Counted from the stretch's first letter, positions 7,038-15,515 are shown. The stretch is 50,298 nucleotides of DNA from an uncultured Gammaproteobacteria bacterium (GCA_964486505.1 CAZAMC010000004.1:1-50298); one strand, 5' to 3'. Notes: generated from the sequence alone by a model not told the origin. A program made the numbers and translations.

Positions 7038-8714
7038 TTACTCCGCGACTTCAAATACTTCGGCCACCGACGTAACGCCCTCTAGCGCTTTCAGCAACCC
7101 GTCTTGCACCATAGTTACCATGCCCGTCCGTTGGGCAATGGCGCGAATGTCGTACTCCGAGACTTGGGTGCTCAGGATAATTTTCTCAATCTCGCTGTTC
7201 ATGGTGAGCACTTCGTATATACCAATGCGGCCTTTGTACCCAATGTGCTGGCACGCATCGCAGCCCGTGCCCTTGAAGAACGTCAGGTGTTCCAGGTCAA
7301 CTTTCTCGCCGCTCGCCGGCGGGAGGGCTTTTAGACTGTCCAGCACACGGGTCTTCGTCTCCGCATCGAGCTCCACCGGCTGCTTACAGTCCTGGCATAT
7401 GCGGCGCACTAAGCGCTGTGCAATGAGGCAGTTTAGTGCCGGCGCCAGCAGGTACGACTTCACACCCAGGGCAAGCAAGCGGGGGATTGCCCCTGCGGCA
7501 TCGTTCGTATGCAGAGTAGAGAGCACGAGGTGCCCGGTGAGCGCTGCGTTCGTAGCAATCTCGGCAGTCTCGCCGTCACGAATTTCACCAACCATCACCA
7601 CGTCGGGGTCTTGACGGAGAATAGAGCGAAGACCTTTCGCAAAGGTGTAGTCACCCGTCTCATCAATCTGGCTCTGGTTCACGCCCGGGAGGTGGTACTC
7701 CACCGGATTTTCCAGAGTGATGATGTTCATGTCCGGGGTGTTGAGCTGCGTGAGGAAAGCATACAGCGTGGTCGTCTTGCCGGAGCCAGTGGGGCCGGTG
7801 GTGAGGATCATGCCATTCGGCCGGGCCACCTGCTTCCTGAGAATGCCCAGCGCGTGACCACGGAGGCCCAGGTCATCCAGCTTCAAGCCAACGGAGGAGG
7901 ACATGAGCAAGCGCATGACGACGCTCTCGCCGTAGGCCGTGGGCAGGGTCGAGGTGCGAACGTCGATGTTCTCTTTCTCTAAGAAAATGGTGAAGCGCCC
8001 ATCCTGCGGCTTGGCGGTGATGTTGAGCTTGAGGTGGGCCAATAGCTTGATGCGAGAAATGACCTTGCGCCAGCTGGTGACGGGCAGGCGGGCAACTTCG
8101 TGGAGCACGCCGTCAATACGGTACCGCACCTTCACATCCTGCTCCTCGGCCTCAATGTGGATGTCGGATGAACGGCTCACCACCGCCCCGGCGATGAGCA
8201 GGGTAATGATCTGCGTCAACGAAACTTTCTTCAGCTGCGCATCAATGTCTTTGAAACTCTTCAGATCTTGCTTAAAGTGCAACAAATCCTCGGCGCTCAC
8301 CTGCACGCCGGCAGAAAACTTCTTCACCTTCGGCACTGCGGCGTACAACTTAAAGGCGAGCTCAAAGCTGTGCTCGGAAATGGCGTACGGCGCCACGTTG
8401 GCCTTTAGGTCCGCCGTGAGGTTTTCCAGAAGCGCGATGACGTGCTCGCTGGTGGGGTCCACGGCCCCCACGCGCACTTGGTCGTCCTGGTGGAAGAACG
8501 CGATGGCCTGCAAATCTTGCGCTACTGCTTCGGGGATGAGGGTGAGCACTTCGGGGCCAATGGGGAAACCTTTCAGGTTAATGTACCCAATGCCCAGCTC
8601 ATCCGCGCGGCGCTGCACGGACTGCTCCTGCTCTTTGAGTTTGATTTCGGTCAGCTTCTCTCGGAACTTCTCCTGTGCCTCCTCGGGAGCGACCTGCAAG
8701 CGGTGATCTGCCAT
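7038..8714 (-). CDS. pilB: type II secretion / type IV pilus assembly ATPase (GspE/PilB family)
   Basis: 558 aa. Walker A GPTGSGKTTTLYA, Asp/His boxes, a tetracysteine zinc motif (CQDC...CDAC) and an N-terminal GSPII-like domain. Confidence 0.92.
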   Translation of the reverse strand: MADHRLQVAPEEAQEKFREKLTEIKLKEQEQSVQRRADELGIGYINLKGFPIGPEVLTLIPEAVAQDLQAIAFFHQDDQVRVGAVDPTSEHVIALLENLTADLKANVAPYAISEHSFELAFKLYAAVPKVKKFSAGVQVSAEDLLHFKQDLKSFKDIDAQLKKVSLTQIITLLIAGAVVSRSSDIHIEAEEQDVKVRYRIDGVLHEVARLPVTSWRKVISRIKLLAHLKLNITAKPQDGRFTIFLEKENIDVRTSTLPTAYGESVVMRLLMSSSVGLKLDDLGLRGHALGILRKQVARPNGMILTTGPTGSGKTTTLYAFLTQLNTPDMNIITLENPVEYHLPGVNQSQIDETGDYTFAKGLRSILRQDPDVVMVGEIRDGETAEIATNAALTGHLVLSTLHTNDAAGAIPRLLALGVKSYLLAPALNCLIAQRLVRRICQDCKQPVELDAETKTRVLDSLKALPPASGEKVDLEHLTFFKGTGCDACQHIGYKGRIGIYEVLTMNSEIEKIILSTQVSEYDIRAIAQRTGMVTMVQDGLLKALEGVTSVAEVFEVAE

Positions 8715-8721
8715 ATGAGGC

Positions 8722-8730
8722 AGTATACCA
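8722..8730 (-). promoter_or_regulatory. extended -10-like element TGGTATACT, 7 nt upstream of the pilB ATG (leaderless-type arrangement)
   Basis: The reverse complement of agtatacca (8722-8730) is TGGTATACT. Only 7 nt (gcctcat) separate it from the ATG at 8714, and there is no SD. Confidence 0.35.
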
Positions 8731-8741
8731 CCCGCCTGCGT

Positions 8742-9872
8742 TTACGTGAGTTGCTGAATGCCCACGCGGAGCTGTGCCTCGGCGTCCAGAATTGTGCCGG
8801 TGGGTAGGTGCCAGGTAAAGACGTGCGCATTGCCTTCGGGCTGGTGCGCGGCATAAAGCTTCAGCCCGTTCACGGATTGGCGGCTCTGCGCCACGATGGT
8901 GGTTCCACCAGCTGGATCTTCGTAGACCACGGCGGTCACAAAAGCATTGGGCGTGTTCACCATGAGCTCGTCAACCACGCCAGAGAGGGAGGCGGGGGTG
9001 GTGCCGGCGCGTTCAAAGTCTGCGCGGTTGAGCACGGCCCATACCAGCTTGCCATCCTCCGTAGCGCGGAGACGGGCCAGCGCCCGACCCCAGAGCTTGA
9101 GGACCGCCAACGACTTGGTTTGGAAGAGGTTGCGGATGATCTCATCACGCCGCGCCCCCGCCGCGACGAGCTCCGAGGCGGTGGTGAGGGATTTCGGCGT
9201 AACCGTGGGTGTCTGGAAACTCTTGGTCTTCGCAATCATGCCGGCCAAGAGCGCAGTGGCCACGTCGTCACGCAAGTGCTCGGGCTGGATGTGCTTCAGG
9301 AGGTCGGTGACAATTTCGGCGACCGAAGTAGCCACGAGATCGACAACGTTCACCTGGCCGAAGTGCTCATTTGCCGGGCTATGGTCGATGTTGATGATGG
9401 GTGTGGCGTAAAAAAATTCCGCGTTCTTCTCGAAGAGCGGACCAAGGTGGTCAAGGTCTTGGCAGTCGAGCGTCACCGCGCAGTCAAAGCTTGGTTCCGT
9501 GGTGCTCGTGGTAACGTCCGTGGACGTGTACGAGCCCTGCTTGGGTGTTAGGAAGATGCGCAACGCATCGTCAGCGCGGTCATAGGCGAGTTCCGCAACA
9601 GGCGCATTGCGGGTGTCTACCTGGATGACGAACCGCTTGAGGGCCGCAAGGTCAGCGGTGATGTCCTGCGACTTCGGCATGAACGCGTGTGACGGGGGCA
9701 CGGGCGGATGCGCTCCGGCAATGGTAGACTGCTTGCCTTGCTTCGCGAGCGCCAGGTGCAGCGCCACGCCAGAAGCAATGGCGTCTGTAGAAAGCGCGTG
9801 CGGCAAACAGACGAGCACGTTCTGTGCCTTCTTTAAGAGTTCGGCGGCTTGTTGGAGGGGGGTAGATTCCAT
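8742..9872 (-). CDS. DHH/DHHA1-family phosphoesterase-like protein (NrnA-like, catalytic motifs degenerate)
   Basis: The layout matches NrnA-type proteins (N-terminal ...VLVCLPHALSTDAIASG..., INIDHSPANEHFG, AGMIAKTKSF). DHH is replaced by DHS and no GGGH is seen. I prefer the start at MESTPLQQ (9872) over the upstream TTG at 9941. Confidence 0.7.
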   Translation of the reverse strand: MESTPLQQAAELLKKAQNVLVCLPHALSTDAIASGVALHLALAKQGKQSTIAGAHPPVPPSHAFMPKSQDITADLAALKRFVIQVDTRNAPVAELAYDRADDALRIFLTPKQGSYTSTDVTTSTTEPSFDCAVTLDCQDLDHLGPLFEKNAEFFYATPIINIDHSPANEHFGQVNVVDLVATSVAEIVTDLLKHIQPEHLRDDVATALLAGMIAKTKSFQTPTVTPKSLTTASELVAAGARRDEIIRNLFQTKSLAVLKLWGRALARLRATEDGKLVWAVLNRADFERAGTTPASLSGVVDELMVNTPNAFVTAVVYEDPAGGTTIVAQSRQSVNGLKLYAAHQPEGNAHVFTWHLPTGTILDAEAQLRVGIQQLT

Positions 9873-9946
9873 AGTGCGTACGCCCCCGAGGCCCTCCGCG
9901 GGGTAGTTGCTCACCATACTGTGAACGAGCACGGGCGTCAAGGCTT

Positions 9947-9955
9947 TGGTATGCT
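9947..9955 (+). promoter_or_regulatory. extended -10-like element TGgTATGCT, 6 nt upstream of the tsaE ATG
   Basis: tggtatgct at 9947-9955, then gggtgc, then the ATG at 9962. No SD. Confidence 0.35.
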
Positions 9956-9961
9956 GGGTGC

Positions 9962-10375
9962 ATGCACGTCGTTACCCTCTCGGATCTCAACCCCGTCGCC
10001 CAAAGAATCCTCCAACGTACCCCCCGCGTGGTGGCGCTCGTGGGCCCGCTGGGGGCAGGAAAAACCACGCTCACGCAAGCAATTGCCCACGTATTACACG
10101 TACCCGGGGCGGTGACTTCGCCCACGTACGTCCTCCAGCAAGTATACCCGGCCAACCACCCCGCCTACACCACGCTCGTGCATGTCGATGCCTACCGCCT
10201 CCGAGGCGAACACGAGCTGCCTGCACTGGATCTTCTCCACTGGGGCCAACAACCACACACGCTCATTGTGGTAGAGTGGGCCGACCGGATACGAAAATTC
10301 CTGGAGCCGTTCGCTCCGGTGTGGGTCACCCTGCGCCTGCGTCCCGACGGCAGCCGGGAAGTAACTGTTAGCTAA
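9962..10375 (+). CDS. tsaE: tRNA threonylcarbamoyladenosine biosynthesis ATPase TsaE
   Basis: 137 aa. P-loop GPLGAGKTTLTQAIA, followed by SPTY and HVDAYRL segments characteristic of YjeE/TsaE. Confidence 0.9.
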   Translation: MHVVTLSDLNPVAQRILQRTPRVVALVGPLGAGKTTLTQAIAHVLHVPGAVTSPTYVLQQVYPANHPAYTTLVHVDAYRLRGEHELPALDLLHWGQQPHTLIVVEWADRIRKFLEPFAPVWVTLRLRPDGSREVTVS

Positions 10376-10676
10376 CCTTCCGCGTTACCGTTAAGCCGCT
10401 GGCCGAGGGCTCGGTCGCCGGAAGTTTTTCCGCACTCGCTTCGGCGGTCGTCTTGGCCACGCTATCGTCAACGGTCATGCGCTCGGCGGTAATACCCACC
10501 ACCTGCGTAGCACTCACGAGCAGCGTGGCGCTCACTAGGGGCAGCCCCCGACGCACCTCATACTGCAGAATGGCATGCGTCTCGGGGTCAAAAACAAAAC
10601 CCGTAACCACCCCCAACGCCTGGCCGCTGCGCGTGACCACCGGAAGGTGCTTGAGTTGTTCCCAGGTCATGCGCAT
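10368..10676 (-). CDS. PRC-barrel domain protein
   Basis: 102 aa. The pattern LKHLPVVTRSGQALGVVTGFVFDPETHAILQYEV is typical of PRC-barrel proteins. It lies 6 nt downstream of yidC. Confidence 0.7.
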   Translation of the reverse strand: MRMTWEQLKHLPVVTRSGQALGVVTGFVFDPETHAILQYEVRRGLPLVSATLLVSATQVVGITAERMTVDDSVAKTTAEASAEKLPATEPSASGLTVTRKVS

Positions 10677-10682
10677 AACGCT

Positions 10683-11465
10683 CTAGAGCGCCTTCGGCAG
10701 CACCTCGGGCTGCGTGGGGTCGGTCTTCTTGGGCTTGTGCCAGCGGAAGTAGTAGTACTGCTGGAGCACTTGGAACGCCGTGCTCACCAACCAGTAGAGG
10801 GCCAGGCCCGCGGGGAACTGGTAGCCGAAGATGACGGTCATCACTGGCAGGAGGTAGGTCATTTGTCGGCTCATGATGGCGGTCGTATCCTCGTCCTTCG
10901 CGCCCGGAACCTTCGGTGGGCGCTTGCTCATCATCATCTTGGATTGCCAGAACTGCGCGCCACCGGCGAGGAGGGCCAGAATAATGTTGTGGTTCGTCGT
11001 TAGGTTCAAAAAGCCCCAGGTCGTGTCAACCGTGAGGGTCTGGAACGCCGCCTTCAGTGACGGGTACAGGTGCTGCAGCTGGTCGGCGCTGAGTAAGCCC
11101 GTGGCTTGGTCCACGCTCACGCCCGAGAAGAACACCTTATACAGCGCGATGAGGATGGGCAGCTGGAGAAGGAGCGGTAAGCACGAAGAGAAGGGGTTCA
11201 CCTTATGCTGCTTGTAGAAGGCCATGAGCTGCCGGGAGAGCTCTTCGCGGTTATCCTTATATTTCTCCTGCAGCGCCTTCATCTTCGGCTGGATCTCCTG
11301 CATCTTCTGCTGGCTATGGATTGCCGAGAGCGACGGCCAGAACAGCAACAACTTGATGAGCAGGGTCAGGAGGATAATCGCCACCCCCAAATCGTGGCCC
11401 GGGACTGCCTTGTACAAAAACATGAGGCCATTGAAGAGCGGGTTGTAGAGGATGGTTTCGAACAT
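10683..11465 (-). CDS. yidC: membrane protein insertase YidC (short Gram-positive/CPR-type)
   Basis: 260 aa. YidC/Oxa1 core (KALQEKYKDNREELSRQLMAFYKQHKVNPFSSCLPLLLQLPILIALY). It holds the conserved position downstream of rnpA-yidD. Confidence 0.93.
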   Translation of the reverse strand: MFETILYNPLFNGLMFLYKAVPGHDLGVAIILLTLLIKLLLFWPSLSAIHSQQKMQEIQPKMKALQEKYKDNREELSRQLMAFYKQHKVNPFSSCLPLLLQLPILIALYKVFFSGVSVDQATGLLSADQLQHLYPSLKAAFQTLTVDTTWGFLNLTTNHNIILALLAGGAQFWQSKMMMSKRPPKVPGAKDEDTTAIMSRQMTYLLPVMTVIFGYQFPAGLALYWLVSTAFQVLQQYYYFRWHKPKKTDPTQPEVLPKAL

Positions 11466-11474
11466 AGCAGTGGT

Positions 11475-11738
11475 CTAAGAGCGAGTCGGGGGCACGGGAT
11501 CGAACCCCGGGGCATGGAAGGGGTTGCAACGCGCGACGCGCTTGGTGGTGAGCCAGAGGCCGCGCCAGAATCCATGTTCAGTAATGGCTTGAATGCCGTA
11601 GTCGGAACAGGTGGGGTGGAAGCGGCACGTGCCCATCAGGCGCCGGGCTCGGATCCAGCTGTGGTCTGGCGAGAGGGTGAGCTGGTATACCCGCAGGATC
11701 TTAACGGCGATGCGTTGGGGGGCGGTGAGTGACGCCAT
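11475..11738 (-). CDS. yidD: membrane protein insertion efficiency factor YidD
   Basis: Internal ATG of the listed 11475..11912 ORF. The product has RVYQLTLSP...CRFHPTCSDYGIQAI..HG, the YidD signature. It overlaps the rnpA 3' end, as is common. Confidence 0.9.
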   Translation of the reverse strand: MASLTAPQRIAVKILRVYQLTLSPDHSWIRARRLMGTCRFHPTCSDYGIQAITEHGFWRGLWLTTKRVARCNPFHAPGFDPVPPTRS

Positions 11739-12063
11739 GGATTGGCCAGAGAGCGAGGAGTGAGGCGCGGAGCGCGGCGGGCTTCGCCGCTGCAGCTGGA
11801 GGAGCAAGGCGGACGAGCACGTCGGTAGCTGTAGTTGTTGCCGCAAGGAGCTTTGGAAAGAGCGCCTGTACCCGGCGCCGAAGCTGGTTCCGCTCCGTGG
11901 CCCGCTTGGCAACCTGCTTGGAGACCACGACCGTCGCGCGGCTCAACTGCGCCGGAGATGGCATGGCCACGAGCTGCATGAGGGAGTCGCGCCGTCGCGC
12001 TCCGCGCTGGAGCAGCCGACGGATGTCCCGATCGGCGTGCAAGCGACGAGTTCGCGGAAGCAT
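11701..12063 (-). CDS. rnpA: ribonuclease P protein component
   Basis: 120 aa, basic, with the RNR-type motif KRATERNQLRRRV. It lies between rpmH and yidD. Confidence 0.88.
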   Translation of the reverse strand: MLPRTRRLHADRDIRRLLQRGARRRDSLMQLVAMPSPAQLSRATVVVSKQVAKRATERNQLRRRVQALFPKLLAATTTATDVLVRLAPPAAAAKPAALRASLLALWPIHGVTHRPPTHRR

Positions 12064-12069
12064 GGCAGT

Positions 12070-12210
12070 CTACTGCACGCTCACCCGGGCACGCCCCTTG
12101 CGGCGGCGGCGGGTGAGAACCGCTCGACCACTGGGCGTGGCGCGACGAGCGCGAAAACCGTGCACGCGAGCGTGCCGCTTCTTCTTTGGTTGATACGTGC
12201 GCTTCGGCAT
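12070..12210 (-). CDS. rpmH: 50S ribosomal protein L34
   Basis: Hand-translated 46 aa: [46 protein letters not shown]. This matches the L34 consensus. It is below the ORF-track cutoff. Confidence 0.95.
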   Translation of the reverse strand: MPKRTYQPKKKRHARVHGFRARRATPSGRAVLTRRRRKGRARVSVQ

Positions 12211-12364
12211 AGGAAAGCAGCGTCAGGAAAAAGTAGGCGTAGTGTACCAGCGCCCAGGGCCTACGTCAACAATCCATACTTCATCAACAGGTTATCCACT
12301 CCTCATGCACTTTTCTTCACTTCTTCCACACCTCGCTGTGTGCTAGTATCTGAAAACCGCTAAT
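12211..12364. other. rpmH-dnaA intergenic region: dnaA promoter plus DnaA-box-like sites (candidate left part of oriC)
   Basis: TTATCCACT at 12292-12300, one mismatch to TTATCCACA. Weaker box-like TCTTCCACA at 12322-12330. Extended -10 TGcTAGTAT at 12341-12349. Confidence 0.4.
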
Positions 12365-13747
12365 GTGAGCCAATTTTCGACCATGCCGAAATTGGAAAAT
12401 GACAAACTCTGGCAAGCAACACTCGGAGAACTCGAGCTCCATTTGAGTAAGGCAAACTTTACGACGTGGTTTAAGAGCACGTTCATCAGCGCGGTGGATG
12501 GCCACCGGGCCGTTGTTGGCGTACCCAACGCCTTCACGAAGGCCTGGCTCGAGAGCAAGTACCACCAGCACATCGTCCAAGCGCTTAAGCACCTCACCGA
12601 AGACGCCGTCCGCGAGGTTGAATACAAGGTTGAGAGCCAGCGCGCCACAGAACTGGTATCTATGCGCGTTGAGACCGAAGCACCGCCCACACCCACCGAA
12701 ACCACCTTGCCCAAGAACGGCTTGAACCCTCGGTACACCTTCGACACGTTCATTGTGGGGAAGGGGAATGAGCTTGCCCAAGCCGCCGCTATGGCCTGCG
12801 CGGAGAAGCCGGGCGAAGTGTACAACCCGCTCTTCATGTACGGCGGGGCGGGCTTAGGCAAGACGCACCTCATGCAGGCCATCGGCCACGAGCTCTTGCG
12901 CAACAATCCCAAGGCGCGCGTCCTCTACGTGAGTAGCGAGCACTTCACCAACGAATTCATCCAAGCAATCTTCAAGGGTTCCATGACGGCGTTCCGAGAC
13001 CGCTGGCGCGCCGTGGATGTCCTCCTCGTTGACGACGTGCAGTTCCTCGCGGGCAAAGAGGGCACGCAGGAAGAGTTCTTTCACACCTTTAACGCCCTCC
13101 ACCAACAGAACAAGCAGATCATCCTCTCGTCCGACCGGCCGCCCAAGGCCATTGCCGCTCTGGAAGCCCGTCTCCTCTCCCGCTTTGAGTGGGGGATGAT
13201 CGCGGATATCCAGGAACCAGACCTAGAAACCCGCATCGCCATTCTCCGCGTGAAGTGCCGAGAGCGGAAATGCCAGCTCGACGACGCTACGCTCAGCTAC
13301 GTCGCGAACATCATCCAACACAACGTCCGCGAGTTGGAAGGGGCCCTCAACCGCATCATGGCTGTCCATAACCTCAGCCGGACATCACCCACCCTAGACT
13401 CGGTAAAGGAGGTTCTGGCCACCGTGGTGCAGGCTACCCAGGCCAAGCGTGAGCACGCCGTAACCCCCAAGCAGATTATCGCCACAGTGTGCCAATACTT
13501 TGATGTAAAAGTGTCCGAGGTCATGGGCCAGAGCCGCCGCCAAGAGCTGGTGCGCCCTCGGCAGCTCATCATGTACCTCATGCGCGAAGAAATAAGCGCT
13601 TCGTTCCCAACCATTGGTGAAGAACTAGGGGGGCGGGACCACTCCACCGCCATGCACGCTGTGGAAAAGGTGGCGAAGCAGTACAAAGAGGATCCTAAAC
13701 TGCAGCAGGATGTGAAGCTCATTCGCCAGCGTCTGTATAGCGCGTAG
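12365..13747 (+). CDS. dnaA: chromosomal replication initiator protein DnaA
   Basis: 460 aa. Walker A GGAGLGKTHLMQAIG, DDVQFLAGKEGTQEEFFHTFNAL, and a C-terminal DNA-binding helix region (RDHSTAMHAVEKV). The start may be GTG 12365 or ATG 12383. Confidence 0.97.
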   Translation: MSQFSTMPKLENDKLWQATLGELELHLSKANFTTWFKSTFISAVDGHRAVVGVPNAFTKAWLESKYHQHIVQALKHLTEDAVREVEYKVESQRATELVSMRVETEAPPTPTETTLPKNGLNPRYTFDTFIVGKGNELAQAAAMACAEKPGEVYNPLFMYGGAGLGKTHLMQAIGHELLRNNPKARVLYVSSEHFTNEFIQAIFKGSMTAFRDRWRAVDVLLVDDVQFLAGKEGTQEEFFHTFNALHQQNKQIILSSDRPPKAIAALEARLLSRFEWGMIADIQEPDLETRIAILRVKCRERKCQLDDATLSYVANIIQHNVRELEGALNRIMAVHNLSRTSPTLDSVKEVLATVVQATQAKREHAVTPKQIIATVCQYFDVKVSEVMGQSRRQELVRPRQLIMYLMREEISASFPTIGEELGGRDHSTAMHAVEKVAKQYKEDPKLQQDVKLIRQRLYSA

Positions 13748-13986
13748 GATATCCTGCGCACGACCTGGTGATAGCTCCGTGGAAAAAATGCTGAACCAGT
13801 GTGCATGAAAAACAGCAAAGCGGCACGACGGTCCTCCTAAGCATTCTCTCCACACACGCACACACAAGTAGCGCACACCCCACCCCAAAGGAAAACCTAC
13901 AAATCCTTACAGAAATTCTTCCATATCCTGGTTACCCACATATCCACACTCCTTACTACTCCTTCTCCTCTTCTCTATATACATAT
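13748..13986. other. dnaA-dnaN intergenic region: candidate oriC segment with tandem DnaA-box-like 9-mers and an AT-rich stretch
   Basis: TTACCCACA (13932-13940) directly abuts aTATCCACA (13940-13948). A CA-rich tract lies at about 13850-13880. The AT-rich tctctatatacatatat (about 13971-13986) sits just before the dnaN ATG. Confidence 0.5.
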
Positions 13987-15090
13987 ATGAAATTCACTTG
14001 CACACAAGAAAATCTCGTCCGGGGCCTTGCCCAAGTTGGCCACGTTGCCGGCAAGAGCACGACCCTGCCGATTTTGAAGAATGTCCTTGTCGCCGCTTCC
14101 GCCGACGGTATTGCTTTAGCGGCAACAAACCTAGAGTTGGGGGTAACCACAGTTGTGCGCGGCAAGGTTGAACAGCCCGGGTCCTACACGGTGAGCGCGC
14201 GCGTCCTCCTGGATTACATTAGCCTCCTGGCCCCGGGAAACGTTACGCTCGAGCTCATCGGCGCAGAGTTGCACGTGACGAGCCAGGGTTCAAAGACAAC
14301 CCTCAAAGGCCTTCCCGCCGATGACTTTCCAGTTATTCCGAAAGTGACCGAGGGCGTGCGCTTTGCCATTCCCGCCGCTCAACTCAAAGCCGCTCTGAGC
14401 CAGACGGTGTTCGCCGTTGCAGCCGACGAAGCCCGGCCCGAGATCAGCGGGGTCCTCTTCCACCTTCACGGCAGCGCCCTCACCCTGGCCGCCACAGACA
14501 GCTACCGGCTTGCGGAGGTGCGCATTCCCATGACCACAGCCAAGGAAGAGCAGCGCGCAATTGTGCCCAGCCGCAGCCTGGCTGAGCTTCTCCGCCTCCT
14601 CCCCGATGAGGGCGATGTTGCCTGCACCGTTGGGGAAAACCAAGTGGGGGTAGTGGCGGACAGCGTGGAGCTCGTCACCCGGCTGATTGAGGGGCAGTTC
14701 CCGGACTACGCGCAGATCATTCCCGCCAGTTTTACCAGCACCCTCACCACCGAGACGAGCACGTTTGCAAAGATGTTGCGGCAAGTGAGCCTCTTCTGCC
14801 GGTCCGGCATCAATGACGTGACGCTTACGTACGACGCCCAGGGCGCCCGGCTCACCGCTGCAAATGCGCAGATTGGGGCGAGCGACGTGGAGCTCCCCAC
14901 CGCCCTCACGGGTACCGGGGGAAGCATCGTTTTCAACTGGCGCTTTCTCTTGGATGGTTTGGCGGTGCTCGGGGTGGAGAGCGTCGCGCTCCAACTTAAC
15001 GATGAGAAAGGCCCCGGCCTTCTGCTCCCCGTGGATCCACCTAAGGGTGCGCCAACATTCCGCTACCTCATCATGCCCATTCGTCAGTAG
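13987..15090 (+). CDS. dnaN: DNA polymerase III beta sliding clamp
   Basis: The internal ATG (MKFTCTQENLVRGLAQV...) of the listed 13801..15090 ORF gives 367 aa, the typical clamp length. It has the three-domain beta-clamp pattern and the C-terminal ...YLIMPIRQ. Confidence 0.95.
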   Translation: MKFTCTQENLVRGLAQVGHVAGKSTTLPILKNVLVAASADGIALAATNLELGVTTVVRGKVEQPGSYTVSARVLLDYISLLAPGNVTLELIGAELHVTSQGSKTTLKGLPADDFPVIPKVTEGVRFAIPAAQLKAALSQTVFAVAADEARPEISGVLFHLHGSALTLAATDSYRLAEVRIPMTTAKEEQRAIVPSRSLAELLRLLPDEGDVACTVGENQVGVVADSVELVTRLIEGQFPDYAQIIPASFTSTLTTETSTFAKMLRQVSLFCRSGINDVTLTYDAQGARLTAANAQIGASDVELPTALTGTGGSIVFNWRFLLDGLAVLGVESVALQLNDEKGPGLLLPVDPPKGAPTFRYLIMPIRQ

Positions 15091-15095
15091 AGCAG

Positions 15096-15123
15096 AAAAC
15101 CCGGACAGGAATGTCCGGGTTTT
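15096..15123. terminator. bidirectional Rho-independent terminator between convergent dnaN and the 15126..15515 gene
   Basis: AAAA, then CCCGGACA (15100-15107), GGAA loop, TGTCCGGG (15112-15119), then TTTT. Confidence 0.7.
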
Positions 15124-15125
15124 GG

Positions 15126-15515
15126 TTAGTGAACGTGCAAGACTCTGTTGAGCCCGCGTTCCAGCTGGGCTTCAGGAACGATACTGAAGGTGCGGTCGCC
15201 GCGGGGGACGAAGATGTCCGATGTGGCGTTGTTGACGACGACGATTCTCACGCGGCCATTGGTGAATGCGGCAATCTCATCGTAGCGGTTCCGCAGTAGC
15301 TGGCCTGGCGGAAGGTCGGTGATGACCGTGCGGATCTCGGTGTTGGTAATGAAGAGGCTCTGGGCCTCGATGAGGCTTGTCACACAGCGCGTGGCGGTGC
15401 TGCCGTAAGTGTTGGTGAGCCACCGCCGCAGGCGCTCGAGCAAGGCGGGGTTTTCAATGATGCCGAGGGTATGCATGCAGTCCTCCGGGGTATGTAAAAT
15501 GTTGGTGTTCATCAC
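15126..15515 (-). CDS. hypothetical protein, possibly a degenerate stand-alone receiver (CheY-like) domain
   Basis: 129 aa. The alternating beta/alpha pattern resembles receivers (TLGIIEN..., TVITDLPPGQ..., RIVVVNNATSD). The N-terminal acidic pair is EN rather than DD. Confidence 0.55.
   Translation of the reverse strand: MMNTNILHTPEDCMHTLGIIENPALLERLRRWLTNTYGSTATRCVTSLIEAQSLFITNTEIRTVITDLPPGQLLRNRYDEIAAFTNGRVRIVVVNNATSDIFVPRGDRTFSIVPEAQLERGLNRVLHVH

Noticed and set aside
7939-8706. 255-aa plus-strand ORF, plus 6979..7614 and 7509..7982, antisense to pilB
   Set aside because: The PilB frame has Walker A/B and zinc motifs. The antisense frames are Ser/Arg/Ala-rich and featureless.
9652-10155. 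167-aa minus-strand ORF bridging the DHH and tsaE genes
   Set aside because: It overlaps the 5' ends of two divergent, motif-supported genes and their promoter region, and has no motifs of its own.
13801-13986. N-terminal extension of dnaN. Analogous upstream extensions occur in the listed ORFs 24327..24602, 25379..25705, 29700..29861, 11739..11912, 9873..9941, 33470..33535, 36340..36405 and 45746..45781
   Set aside because: The extensions run through intergenic, promoter or oriC sequence or overlap the upstream gene. Internal ATGs give canonical N-termini (for example MKFTCTQENL for DnaN, MRKLRIAQLVPF for GT4, MKRIALVNVH for the SPS-like GT4) and ATGA/TAATG coupling with neighbours.
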